64,000 nt of DNA from positions 643,329 to 707,328 of the forward strand of contig NMRA01000038.1 of NCBI GenBank assembly GCA_002633005.1. Reading direction: 5' to 3'. How positions within the stretch are numbered: position 1 is the stretch's first letter; each line of letters begins with the position of its first letter. This document shows, piece after piece, positions 11,001-23,100 of the stretch. Source of the stretch: Phoronis australis (Eukaryota > Animalia > Phoronida). The notes under the pieces are model-generated. The model saw only the letters and a program-made list of their open reading frames with translations, had not been told where the DNA came from and searched no databases. Position numbers and translations under genes: made by a program.

Positions 11001-14000
11001 ATCCTGTGCTTCAGTGGAATATTCCTAGGACATTCTCTTCAATGATACTCTGTAATGGGAACCGTTGGATGTATAAAAATGAACATTCAGTTTTGTTAAG
11101 GTTATCCTTTTGTTGTAAAAAAGGGGAATGTTTTAGCGTTCAGAAAATGACATTTTTTCCCAAATTATTATGTGCTCTGGGCATGCATTTTGTGGAAATC
11201 TCTGAAATATGTGACTGCTGGCTGAGAATAAAATCAAATTAGTTCTTTTACTCTCTGACACAAAATCAGTCTCACAATATTCCTTGCATTATAGGTTCTA
11301 TTTGTCACCAAATCAAGTCACAGGCTATACTTTTGAATCTCAGTTTTAGGGCTGGCCAACCCAAATGTTAATGTTTTATTGAGTCCGTGGTGGTTTTGGT
11401 GCTATTTGTTGGTAATGGAAATAAAATCCTGTGACGGTGAGGAATATTTTAAGACTTATGTCATGACAGTGAAAGACGTAATTCTATTTTTGTTTTTCAT
11501 CAAGTTAAAGAGGGTGAAATGCAGCTTTAAAAGGAATTGTTTGTCTTTAGTGGCTTCGTGTCGTGTGTTTTCTACTTGTACATGACTTGTGTATATTTTC
11601 AGAGAGCCATGCCGTCCTGTTTCCTAGCATTACTAAGGTTTTACCTGCGGGTGGATGACGTCTTAATTAGGATCAATGATACAAGACTTTACCACGAGGT
11701 GTGCTGTGCCACTGTTTGCTTCATGTGTTACGTGATCTTTGTGGGGCTTACAGGTTGCAGATGCTAATGATGTCTACCAGACATGACTGAAAGCAGTGAT
11801 GGCAAACCATTCTTAGATTTATCACGAATGATGGTCTTTGGGACATTGTAGTTTGGGGAACTCCTTGACATTCTAATTATGTTGTGTTTCTGCGCTTAAC
11901 TTTTTGCATCGTACTCAGGGGCAGATCCAGGATTAAGAGCGGTCTGATAAAAGGATTTTTTTAAAAAGAGGGGGTCCAAGTCAATAATTTGAAAATTCTA
12001 GATTTGATATTTCTAAAATCAAGAGAAAAAGAGGGGACCGGACCCCCTTGACCCACCTGGATCTGCCTATGGTACTTGAGTCTTGAATACGAATTGCTCT
12101 TGCTTGTTCAGATAATCGGCTTGGAATTTTCCGCGGAAACGTGGATTTCCGCTTTTTTCAAATGTGCTTTCCGCTTTTTTTATAATATTTCCGCGTAAAA
12201 AAATCGGATTTGATATAAAATTTCCGCGGCAAATTCCTTTCTTACCGCGGCGTTGCAGACGACGTTCACCTCGAAAAGCGGAAGTTGCTCTTTATGTTTC
12301 GGAGGAACGTAAATTGTCAACATTGCCGGGGCATCTGGGACAGCGTGGTGGGATTTTCAATGGCGTCTCGTGTTATTGTTAAGCGCGGCGACAAATACTA
12401 CCGCTCTGCAGCCAAAAATGTGTGGGTTGGGAGTGGACNAGGGGAATGTTTTAGCGTTCAGAAAATGACATTTTTCCCACATTGTTATGTGCTCTGGGCA
12501 TGCATTTTGTGGGGTATGGAAATCTCTGAAATATGTGACTGCTGGCTGAGAATAAAATCAAAATTAGTTCTTTTACTCTCTGACACAAAATCAGTCTCAC
12601 AATATTCCTTGCATTATAGGTTCTATTTGTCACCAAATCAAGTCACAGGCTGTACTTTTGAATCTCAGTTTTAGGGCTGGCCAACCCAAATGTTAATGTT
12701 TTATTGAGTCCGTGGTGGTTTTGGTGCTATTTGTTGGTAATGGAAATAAAATCCTATGACGGTGAGGAATATTTTAAGACTTATGTCATGACAGTGAAAG
12801 ACGTAATTCTATTTTTGTTTTTCAGCTAGTTAAAGAGGGTGAAATGTTGCTTTAAAAGGAATTGTTTGTCTTTAGTGGCTTCATGTCGTGTGTTTTCTAC
12901 ATGTACATGACTTGTGTATATTTTCAGAGAGCCATGCCGTCCTGTTTCCTAGCATTACTAAGGTTTTACCTGCGGGTGGATGACGTCTTAATTAGGATCA
13001 ATGATACAAGACTTTACCACGAGGTATGCTGTGCCGCTGTTTGCTTCATGTGTTACGTAATCTTTGTGGGGCTTACAGGTTGCAGATGCTAATGATGTCT
13101 AACAGACATGACTGAAAGCAGTGATGGCAAACCATTCTTAGAGTTATCGCGAATGATGGTCCTTGGGACGTTGTAGTTGGGGGGAACTCCTCGACATTCT
13201 AATTAAGTTGTGTTTCTGCACTTAATTTTTGCATGGTACTCAGGGGCGGATCCAGGATTAAGAGTGGTCTGATAAAAGGATTTTTTAAAAAGAGGGGATC
13301 CTTGTCAACAATTTGAAAATTCTAGATTTGATATCTCTAAAATCAAGGGAAAAAGAGGGGTCCGGACCCCCTTGACCCAGCTGAATCTACCTATGGTACT
13401 TGAGTCTTGAATACGAATTGCTCTTGCTTGTTCAGATAATAAATTCATCATTCTTTTTAACTTATGTCTTAGAATCTGTGAACTGTACACTGCACATTAA
13501 GGAAAGACAGTGTGTAGCTGGTGACTTTTCAGTTGCCTCATACCCAGGTTTTTTTCCCAACGCCAAATTAGTCACTTTGAGTTACACAACCAATGTCTGG
13601 ATGATGGCATTGTGCTCCATTTAATCGCTCGTAAACATCTGGGGTGTCAAGTTTTCCCAGCAAACTAATAGACAGAGGGTTCACCGAGACATATTATATG
13701 CTATTCCGCTGAGGGATTGAGCTGTGTATCGGAAGAACACTTGCCAGTTGAGTAAAGCGTCTCAGGAGAAAACTTGGCACTATCTGGCTTTGTACTCACA
13801 CAATTTCCTGTTGAGAAGGGGTCATGGTCAGAATCAAGATAGCGAGAACTCTCATGGTGGTGCCACAACACTTTTCAAGTCTTCACATAATGTGCTACGG
13901 AGATTGCCGGTAATTTTCTATTGTCTCTGTTATGTTTCAGTGGGGCAAGCCATATTTCATTAGAGAGTACACCTCTAAAGAAGCCACCTATCAGGAGTTA

Positions 14001-14363
14001 AAGGTTGGTTTGTTTGTATTTATGAATTGTTCTTCATTAACATGCCAGCTTTCATGGAAGATATTGAGAATCGTTTTGATGCCTGTTATTCATCGGAGAA
14101 AACTGGTTCTCAAAATTGGCACGTAGCATCTATACCTCAGTGCATACCAGGGGAGACCATTATTTCATTTGCACCACGTAGTGAAGTTTAGATCCTCATT
14201 TAGTTAAGTGCTCTTGGTTCGTTTCATCGGTGCCATCATCAACTCGTTTCAGGTACCGAGGCATATGTTCACAAATCCGAACGACATCTCACAGCATTTG
14301 AAACCTAAGAAAGAAGTCCGAGAAAAGTTAGTCTTTCCCACAGTTCAACACCAAGATAGGTAG
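7953..14363 (+). CDS. TIPRL: TIP41-like protein (TIPRL, regulator of PP2A/PP4/PP6), 271 aa, 7 coding exons
   Basis: Exons 7953-8074, 8966-9145, 9818-9929, 10498-10629, 11603-11698 (or identical 12928-13023), 13941-14003, 14253-14363. All GT-AG, phases 2,2,0,0,0,0, total 816 nt. TIP41 motifs: [78 protein letters not shown]. Confidence 0.96.
8626..8760 (+). mobile_element. tRNA-derived SINE head in TIPRL intron
   Basis: A-box-like tagtctattgag and B-box ggttcaagtccc (8677-8688) at tRNA spacing. No acceptor stem; runs into non-tRNA body sequence. Confidence 0.6.
8966..9145 (+). CDS. TIPRL: TIPRL coding exon 2
   Basis: ttttag|G...[15 protein letters not shown]...TWRQA..AG|gtaag. Confidence 0.95.
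9416..9648. mobile_element. CAGGGCTTG-terminus MITE, 6-bp TSD TGAGAT
   Basis: tgagat|cagggcttgaaattttcc...attccaagccctg|tgagat. Same family at 15032 and 19454. Confidence 0.85.
9818..9929 (+). CDS. TIPRL: TIPRL coding exon 3
   Basis: [37 protein letters not shown]|gtaat. Confidence 0.95.
10498..10629 (+). CDS. TIPRL: TIPRL coding exon 4
   Basis: [44 protein letters not shown]|gtaag. Confidence 0.95.
11603..11698 (+). CDS. TIPRL: TIPRL coding exon 5 (copy 1)
   Basis: [32 protein letters not shown], 96 nt, phase 0-0. Confidence 0.9.
11916..12071. mobile_element. CAGGGGCGGATCC-type MITE, 5-bp TSD GTACT (duplicate at 13241-13395; related copy 26009-26160)
   Basis: gtact|caggggcagatccagg...ggatctgcctatg|gtact. 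Confidence 0.75.
12117..12438. mobile_element. CpG-rich insertion in only one copy of the duplicated segment, truncated by the N join
   Basis: The copies agree up to cagataat (12116/13440) and then diverge. The insert starts cggcttggaatttt, resembling the CAGGGCTTGGAATTTT MITE terminus. Confidence 0.55.
12928..13023 (+). CDS. TIPRL: TIPRL coding exon 5 (copy 2, identical coding sequence)
   Basis: Same 96 nt as 11603-11698; donor gtatgc. Confidence 0.8.
13941..14003 (+). CDS. TIPRL: TIPRL coding exon 6
   Basis: tttcag|[21 protein letters not shown]|gttggt. Confidence 0.92.
14253..14363 (+). CDS. TIPRL: TIPRL last coding exon
   Basis: tttcag|[36 protein letters not shown], matching the TIPRL C-terminal pattern VP..lFT.PN.ISQ.L...EKL.FP. 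Confidence 0.92.
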   Translation, partial: VPRHMFTNPNDISQHLKPKKEVREKLVFPTVQHQDR

Positions 14364-15031
14364 TCTGAGCACAGGGTTGTCATCACCACTTGACATATGA
14401 TATTTGTAATCTGTCGGTACTTATTAGTATTTGTAATGTAAGTACAGTATAAGCCAAAAGTGTTCATACAAAATGGCCTGGACTTCCCCGTCGTGACAAG
14501 TGGGCAGAATTGGAATTTATTGTCATGGTAGTCTTCTCTCATGACCGAAAATGAAGGAGATTCAACAGGAAAGTTAATAAGGAGGCAAAGTTATTCTGCT
14601 AATAGAATTTTGCTGCCCTAATAGTTGTTGCCAGTAATTTTTGCTGTTAATAGAATTAGTCGTCGTGGCGAGAAAACGGTGTTTTGTCTGATTATTTTTG
14701 TCTTGTGCTGTATTTTTGTGTTATGTTGATAAAAGCTGCTCCTGTCTGATTAACATCTGTCAAAAATGTATTTTATTGAGACCACTTACTGTGAAATCTC
14801 GCCAGTTTTGGAACTGGCATTCCTAGATACAAGAACATCTACCAAAAAAGCAAGAGAGAGTACAAAATTCTTTTTGTGAGAAATCGTGAAGCACGTGACT
14901 ACAGAACGCAGACTAAGTTCATCTGTTTGGCTTGAACTTGCCTGTCATTTTTTCACCAGTCATTCCAATGGACCAGCTAATGCGTTATCCAGCTTTCGCT
15001 GTTAAAACCAGCCTATTTGGCCAGGCATATT

Positions 15032-15273
15032 CAGGGCTTGGAATTTTGCTCTTTTCAGAGGATTTCATCTTTTGGTTTGGATTTCTTCATTATTTGATTC
15101 CCAGTTTTCTCTTTTTTCATCTCTTTTTTTATCATTATTTTGACTTTATTTTTGCTAAAAACGTTTATTTCAATAATAAATTTTACAACACAAAAAATAG
15201 TTCTACTACACAAGCCTGTTTGTTGAATGATACATCACCTGGAAAATTTTGTCATTGGTCATTCCAAGCCCTG
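15032..15273. mobile_element. CAGGGCTTG-terminus MITE, 6-bp TSD (catatt/cctatt)
   Basis: TIRs cagggcttggaat / attccaagccctg; interior homologous to the 9416 and 19454 copies. Confidence 0.8.
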
Positions 15274-17274
15274 CCTATTGCTTTTGGCACAAAACATCTT
15301 CCTGCACTGAGCTTACTTATTGAGTATGTGTAGAAGCAAATACAACTGCCATATTGTTCCCAAGCGACTCAGCTCTACCTGGGGAAGAATACTCTGTGAC
15401 CAGTTTTACCATGATAAGTATTTCATATAAGGATATAAGGTTTAACTTAAAATAGTCAGAGATGAAATTTTGACATCTGGGGCTAGATCAGTGATCAGAG
15501 TTTGGATGTATGTTTGCTACTGGCAATTAGCGTCTAAAAGAAAAAAGATGTGTACAGAAACTTTCTTTTCGTTAAATTTTGGTGGTGCCAATTTCAGATT
15601 TTTTTAATTATGTGCTTATGGGCATCTCTCCCAATAATTTAATCTGCAGTAATTATAACTTTGTTTAAAATTGTCGCTGTATTACATGGAATGGACCAAA
15701 TTAAACGAGTAAACCAATACATAATGTTCTAATCTACTTGCTCAATTTGTGCTGGTAAACAGTGATTATTTTTACCACTAGACTGATCTTTCCTGCTGAT
15801 TTGGATTTAATCCAGGAAAATGTAAGTTAGATCATGTGAACATTTACTCAGAGTTAGTGTTTTTTGACAGAAGTCTTTTTCAGATGAATGTGTCACTTTT
15901 CAACGTTTTATACTCTATCATAACAAAACAAGGTTACTTTAGTGAGACTGTCAAAGTTTCCAAACAAGGTAGAGGCTGAAACAGGTTATTGTTTTTTCCT
16001 GTTTATGCTGATGTGATTTCCGTGTTTATTGTAGCAGGTAAATTGATTTTTGTATAAATTATGATGTTAGGATTGTTTAAAGTTTGTGAAATGTGATTTC
16101 TTATGTTCTATGTAATGATGACTTCTTGCTCAACTTTTTTTGGGTGAGATGACATTTAACATTTGACAGCTTATTCACAGTTTTAGTATTTTTGAATTGA
16201 GAAAATATACAGAGCCTGTTAAAAGTTACCAAAAGCAACCCTCACATGTCATATGGTTCGCTAGTGCTCAGTTTTTCATTCATCATCAGTAAATCTTGTA
16301 GGTTGTCGAGCTATATAAAGTACTGTGCACACTTAAAGTAATTGCAAGTGCATACCTTAAGTAATCGCACGAAATGACATGGAATTTTCCGTCGTGATGG
16401 CCGAGTGCTGGTGGAACTCCTCTCAATTCGACGGGGGGTTGCAAGTGGAATTCATTGTTGTGTTGGGTCATTGAAGAATAATGTCCCATTATTTATGCCT
16501 TGTTTTGTATATTTTGTCATTATCATCTTACTATTCCGAACCACGTGAACTGTTTAGACTAGCAAGTTTACACCGTCAGTGGTTAGACTGCTTCACCAAC
16601 CAGTTGTCTTGAAAGAAAGAAATACTGGCTGGTGTACACTTAGATGTACATGTTCAGCAAGCAGGTGTATAAGCACATGACCTGCCATTGTGTAACAGAC
16701 TGAGGCGGATCCAGGGGTTTGAGTTTAGGGAGCCTGAAGACACATTCCTAGTATGTACATAGAGTAAATATGCTTTAAAGACGTGTTCATCAGTGAAGTG
16801 TGTGAGTGTGTGTACCCATCAAAAGACAGCATCGGAATGAGCAAATTTCGAATTATTGAATGCTGTAGAATAGGCTTTTACTGTGGGTAATGATTGTCCT
16901 ACACCAAAAAAGTTAAGCATGTGCAAGAATGAGCCTCTACTCGAAAAATCTGCCACCTGAGACTTCACATGTAGCTGAAAATGGTAACTTGAAAACACCA
17001 AAGATTTGTTTATGTATGCAAAACATGAAAGTATTTTGCATCAGAAAACTACTTAATTACCTACCACTCAAAAACTTTGTTGTGGCCTCTTTTACAAAAA
17101 TTGAGAGAACTTTAAGAGGTCCATGGCCATTGTAGTCCCCTATTAACCATCACTTTGTATAGTATTAAAGAGTGCTAGTGTACAGTTATAGCCTCAGAGT
17201 AATTTGTCTCATGTTTTCCAGTAGAAGCCATTTTAAAAATGTGAATGAGCTATGAGAGTATGCATCATCCTTGT

Positions 17275-17488
17275 ATGTGTCTGTACATGGTAAACATGTG
17301 ACTCCAATGTGCAACAGATGTGTCTGTACATGTAAACATGTGACTCCAATGTGCAACAGATGTGTCTGTACATGGTAAACATGTGACTCCAATGTGCAAC
17401 AGATGTGTCTGTACATGGTAAACATGTGACTCCAATGTGCAACAGATGTGTCTGTACATGGTAAACATGTGACTCCTATGTGTAACAG
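17275..17488. repeat. 43-bp minisatellite, 5 copies
   Basis: atgtgtctgtacatggtaaacatgtgactccaatgtgcaacag at 17275, 17318, 17360, 17403 and 17446. Confidence 0.95.
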
Positions 17489-17890
17489 ATTTGAAGTAAA
17501 CATCAAAATGCTTGTAGCATTGAAAGTTGACCAGTCAAGGAAAAACATTGAAACTATGTTAGTTTCTTTGCAATTAAAGGTCGCAAGTTCAGCTCTAGCG
17601 AGGAAAACTCACGAAAGTTACATTAGTTTCTTCACTGTTGTTAGTGGGATTCTGGAGTTTATCATTTCACTTTATAAAACTCCTTTGGTTGAAAGAGGTG
17701 ACATTGTTTAGTTGTTACTTGTTCCTGTGTAGATATGCTTGACCTAGTTTTACTCAGTACATGAAATGCTGGTAGTAAATTGGTGCTGTTTTTGTTTTTA
17801 CACCATCATTTGGTTTGTTGATGGTCTTGGATCGTGGTATATGCGCCTTTAAATAATTTTGTCTAACTGAATCTTTTGTGTACAAACCAA

Positions 17891-17896
17891 AATAAA
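17891..17896 (+). terminator. Candidate TIPRL polyadenylation signal
   Basis: AATAAA followed by a GT/T-rich tract; would imply a ~3.5-kb 3' UTR. Confidence 0.3.
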
Positions 17897-18020
17897 TGCT
17901 GTGAAAATATGACTGTGCTTGTTTTTCAAGGATTTTGTTCTTCTGGGTTGTACTAAATGTTGTTTGTAATGTGGCTGTCGAGACTTATCATCTGAAGCGG
18001 GGCTGTGGCGTGGTATGTAT

Positions 18021-18179
18021 CAGTGGCGAATTTAGAGGGGGGCCAAGGGGGCCATGTCCCCCCTAAAATTCTCCCTGATTCCATTTGGCAGTTTGGGGGT
18101 GTGAATGTATGACAGGCAAAATCCTGGCCAATACTCTGCCCTGGCCCATCCCCCAATCAAAATCCTAGATCTGCCACTG
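18021..18179. mobile_element. CAGTGGCGGA-terminus MITE (other copies 24622-24780, 25492-25650, 27538-27699)
   Basis: cagtggcgaatttagagggggg...gatctgccactg; shared interior ccatttggcag..ggggtgtgaatgt..gac.ggcaaaatcctgg. Confidence 0.8.
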
Positions 18180-18467
18180 CATATGCAGTGAATGTCTAAC
18201 AAGGAGCAAGACATGTTACCTATTTTCAGCTTGGAGGTGGTTACTAGTCCTAATAGTGGCTTAGAATTTTTCGGACGGTTGTAAATCACATGTGTTGTTA
18301 ACACACAATAGGTCTTCTGAAATTGACCTGCAAGGTCACTGAAATTTTTTTTGTGATCCCTGCTCTTAGTCAGTTGACCTCAGTAAGTAAACACAGCTTA
18401 ACAAAGGGTTTATGGCCCGACTCTGAAGATAATTGTTTTATTACCCTTATGAGTTTTAAATAGACAA

Positions 18468-18565
18468 GCCCAGAATGCCTGTACTTATTTTCTGCATTCT
18501 CTCCCAACAAAAGATGATCTTTTGTAGGGAGACAAATGCAGAAAATAAGTACAGGGATTCTGGGC
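18468..18565. repeat. Near-perfect 98-bp palindrome
   Basis: gcccagaatgcctgtacttattttctgcatt...aaaagat g atctttt...aatgcagaaaataagtacagggattctgggc. Confidence 0.9.
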
Positions 18566-19453
18566 GGTATGTGTTGTTAATCAGGTCATGAACAATGGGC
18601 AGAAACCAAAATAGGTATTATTACAAACGTTCTAAAAACAAACTTTTCCATTATGTTCATGAATATTTATGCAAACATGGAAGCAAAACGTTTTTTTTTC
18701 TGAATCGAAGTGTTCAAATTCTAGAAGGGCCAGACAGCCGTATGATTTTCTAATGATTCCTGTACTATTACAAATAACACCATACACGTGTTATCATAAA
18801 ATAGTTTATTATACCTGTTCACAACCATATTTATCACTCATAAACTACAAATATTTTGCAATTGTATATACATGTAGAATGGACAAAATACTCTAAAAAG
18901 TGGAAGAACAGTAACTTTGTCAGTGAATTTTAACAGAATATAACTCCATGGATTTGGCATCGAAACAAAAATTTTAAGTATATTTCAAAAACAATAATCA
19001 AAAAAACTATAACTTCACACTAAGTCTTTAGTAATAAATATATACAATGGTAGGAAATATGCCTTGGAATCACATACATGACTTATTTTTGTTTTGTTTT
19101 GGTAGAATGGGAGATTAGCATATTCCATTACAATCTATTTTACCTTTCAACTGCTCCTGCGATAAATGAACTTTTTGGGAAAATAAATTAATGAAATGGT
19201 GATAAAATGATGTTACATTCATACATCCTCCAGCAGCAACTTCTGGAGTGTAAGATTGCAAATAGGTGTTTTAGTTGAACTAAATTGTACATTAGCAAAA
19301 ACTACAATTTCACTGAGACTATTATTTCATGACACCTGACAGTGTGACACCATTTCCAAATATGGGGAATTTGAAATAAATTATGACAGGAAACCCGAGC
19401 TGTTCATTTCTCCTAGCAATTTTGAAAACCATTAAATTAAATTTTCTATTTAT

Positions 19454-19694
19454 CAGGGCTTAGAAATTTCCTCTTTTAAGAGGATTTCCTCTTTGGTTTT
19501 GATTTCCTCTATTTCCAGTTTCCTATTTTTTCGTCCATTTTATCATTATTTTGACTTAATTCATAGTAAATGTTCATTTCAGTTAAATTTTACAACACAA
19601 AAAACATTTCAATCACGCAAGCATAATCATTTCTGGAACGATAAGTCACCTGGAAATTTTTCCTCATTTTTGTCATTGATCATTCCAAGCCCTG
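19454..19694. mobile_element. CAGGGCTT-terminus MITE, 6-bp TSD ATTTAT
   Basis: atttat|cagggctt...caagccctg|atttat. Confidence 0.85.
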
Positions 19695-19848
19695 ATTTAT
19701 ACAACATGCAAAAAAGAATTCATAATATTACCTACAATCAGTATAATGCTACAAGACTAGCAGATAACAGATTTGAGCAAAGCAAGCAAGTTGCAAGGTT
19801 AAGAAACAAAGAAGTGAATACAGAAAATGGAAATGAGTTTTGAGACAT

Positions 19849-20174
19849 TTATTTGCGTAACCAAGGTAGTTTCACAATCTTAGCAGAGTTTGGCCATTCG
19901 TATCGTGTTTGGTATTCTGTGAATCCTGGTTCATACTGGACTTTGAGTAAAGGTCTTCCATGTCCTGCCGTAAAATCTGGTGTGGGGTTGACAGTAAATG
20001 GGCTAACCTGGACATCAGTGGGGGGTTTCTTATACCTGGTCATGTATTCCGTGCGACCTGGAAAGGTCATGTTAATGCCACACTGTTCCTGAATACTCTT
20101 CTGCATTGGTCCATTGTCTTGGAAGATGGTGGTGTTCCAGGGGTGAAGCCGTTTCATGATACCGCCAGTTTGAA
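19849..20174 (-). CDS. Last exon of the uncharacterised 333-aa gene
   Basis: ttttgcag|..QTGGIMKRLHPWNTT...TEYQTRYEWPNSAKIVKLPWLRK*. Confidence 0.85.
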
Positions 20175-23100
20175 CTGCAAAAGAGAGAATCAATAACATT
20201 CACATTGATGCGTTAAAAAAGTTTTTTTTTAGTTTGTGACAATGTTGAGCAGGTACAAATTCACTTACTAATGAACTTTTTGTTGTTGATGGTTCAGACA
20301 TTTCCACCCTCATCTAAGGGCAACGAGTTTGTAGTAAGTGAATTTCCACACGCTCATTCACACTTATGTTTAAATTAGTTTCATACAACCCTTAAACAAA
20401 CTTGCCCCTTTCAAAGATCCTAATTACTGCTATTAAACTAATACTGCTTACTGTTATAAAACTAACACATGTATCTCAACTTGTTCCTCAGTACGTGTTT
20501 CTGTGCTTGAGGAAAGCTGGCAGTTCCTTGTTTGAGACCATGCTTAGCCCAAACACCATGTGGTAAGCAACTTATAGAACCTGGTCTTAAAGCAATGACA
20601 AAACTGCCCGGTCCTTCCAAGTCCATAAATCACCTGTTATTTGATTAATCAACAATTTGAGAACAGCTTCATAATGGTAAGTGGTTTAAACAAAAAGTTA
20701 TTTTTTGTTCACAAAAGTTGGATTTATAGCCACTTAAATCATGATCTATTTTTTAAATTTTGCGACTACTTTTAACAGAACATTTAAAAAGGTGACGCTC
20801 CACATAATTAGATGCGTGCCCTATATTCAAGTGCAAGTTCTCCAAACTGAATATGGCAGTATTCAAAACACCTGATGTGCATTTCAAAGAGGCAGGAATG
20901 TCATGACACTATAAGAACACTCCAAACTTGAATACATTCTTGCCTCTAGGAAACTAACTTGATTCACAGTGCAAAAGAAAACTCGGGGTGTTGAAAAGTG
21001 TCATTTTTAGCAGCAAAACGCCTACGCTAGAAGTCAATTAAGCCCTATATTCAAGTGCAAGTTCTCCAAACTGAATATGGCAGTATTCAAAACACCTACG
21101 CTAGAAGTCAATTAAGCCCTATATTCAAGTGCAAGTTTTCCAAACTGAATATGGCAGTATTCAAATCTGAGTGCATTTTTGCAACAATGGTGCAGTTTCA
21201 TTTGGGATTTGTTGCAAAGTTCAGAGAACACCCTCGAGTTGATTATGTGACAGCTTGTTGCTCTTAAACAGCTTCAGAAGTTTGTTACTTTTCTCACAAA
21301 ATTTTTCATTTAGATTATTCACAAAAATGAACTTCAGAGAAAACAATTCCATAGAGTCTCTACCTTACTGCAATAAACGATGTAAATTTTGCTCACACCA
21401 ATAAGGAGACTCAGTGCAGCTTGAGAAAATATTTGATGTTAGTGAAATTAAACAATTTCCCATTAAGGTAAGCTGGACAGCTAAACTTACCCGTGGGATC
21501 AAATGAGGTGGGAAGTGATTGGCCGAGTCTCTGTTTCAAAGTAGCTTGAGCTGCTGGTAGATTTTGGCCTGAAAGTAAAAAATATTTTAATTAACATAGT
21601 GGAAACAACAGCATAATGAATGTTCATGGAAAAAAAAAATTTCAAACTTTCCCGAAGAAAATTTGTCAACATGTTTTTTACCATTTGTTACATAATATTT
21701 CATAACATTGTGCTTTGTCAAAATATTTCATGTTGACCAAATATACTTGATCAATAAATAAATCAATGAATTATTGATTGATTGTGATCATGGAAATACT
21801 TAATATACATGCAGATAGTTAAATTGAAATGTATATTTGACAAAGAATGTTTGTAACTGCCTATGTTCTATACTGTTGCATGCATACCATACTTTCTTTG
21901 CCAATGGTCAAATGGTTATTTCATGCAAAACAAATTACAGAAAAAATTCTCCAAAATAATACATTTCAGGAATCCTACATTTGCTAAGCACTTTCAATCG
22001 CAAAACAAATACTCATACACATGAATGTTAATCTTAATCAACTCAATTGTGAATTCAACTTTATCAGTGGAAATCGGTGAAGACATAATTGTAATATTAG
22101 CCCAAAACACTGACAATTAGTGACTTAATGCTTTTGAAAACATCACATGTGCTGTGCGTGAACTTTGAATCTTGCTTAATCTCAAGATTGTGTATGTGTG
22201 AACTTGGAACACACGTGGAAACTTGACAAGTCCACTCGACTAATCACAGTCGCATTGACAAACATTTGCACTGCACTAAATCAAATTACATGTGAATAAA
22301 ATAAAGTGAATTTTAAACATTTTTTCAACTATTGGCGATCTCATTCACCAAAATACTCGATTTAACAATTCAAAACTACATCTGAATATTTGGCACAAGT
22401 TAAAATAAAGAAGAAAATGGACAATCATGTGGCCAATTAATAACTACAAAAATTCTTTACACTGAACAAAAAATTTCATCTGATTACCCAATGAATATTC
22501 AATTCCAAGTTCACGCATATGCAATCTTGAGATTAAGCAGGAATCCAAGTTCACGCACAGCATATGCAAGCAAATACAGATAAGGTTTTCATCTAAAAGA
22601 TGAGACATAACTTGATCTATATATGAAGACAATAATTCTATCAAACCAATAAATTATCAAAGTTGCTATCTGTTGACACAGATAAGATTGTTAATTGTAT
22701 TAATTTTAACAATATCCTATGGACTTAGGTGGTTAACAAATCACACACTAAACATATAGATTTCGTTTTAGTAAATCAATGATTCTCCACTGCTTAAGTA
22801 CAACATGACTTAGAGCTGTATACTATTGATTAGGGATAACCAAAACATTTGGTAGTCAATGGTTTGTAACCAACAAAGCAATGAGTTCAGCTATGACCAC
22901 AACTCCTTTCTGTACGCCTGGAAGCAGGTGAAAGACATGTACTAATTTACAACACAGTTGGTAAAAGACAGTCTTGAAAGGGGAGTGGTTTCCATTAATT
23001 TATGCTTTTGCCCACGACACGGCTCTGCCTTCCATCATATTAATAAATTACTGAAATGATGTCGACAATTCAGATTGATTACCAATTAACATTTACCAAT

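Larger units (their letters stand above)
11122..13440 (+). repeat. Near-identical ~1-kb direct duplication (11122-12116 and 12440-13440) across N at 12439; probably two haplotypes assembled in tandem
   Basis: The second copy starts at the base after the N and differs only by scattered SNPs and small indels. Confidence 0.85.

Noticed and set aside
11603-13023. Mutually exclusive alternative exons in TIPRL
   Set aside because: The coding sequences are identical and the duplication starts exactly at an assembly N; an allelic artefact is more parsimonious.
17186-17548. His/Cys-rich repeat ORFs resembling zinc fingers
   Set aside because: These are translations of the 43-bp minisatellite, open in several frames.
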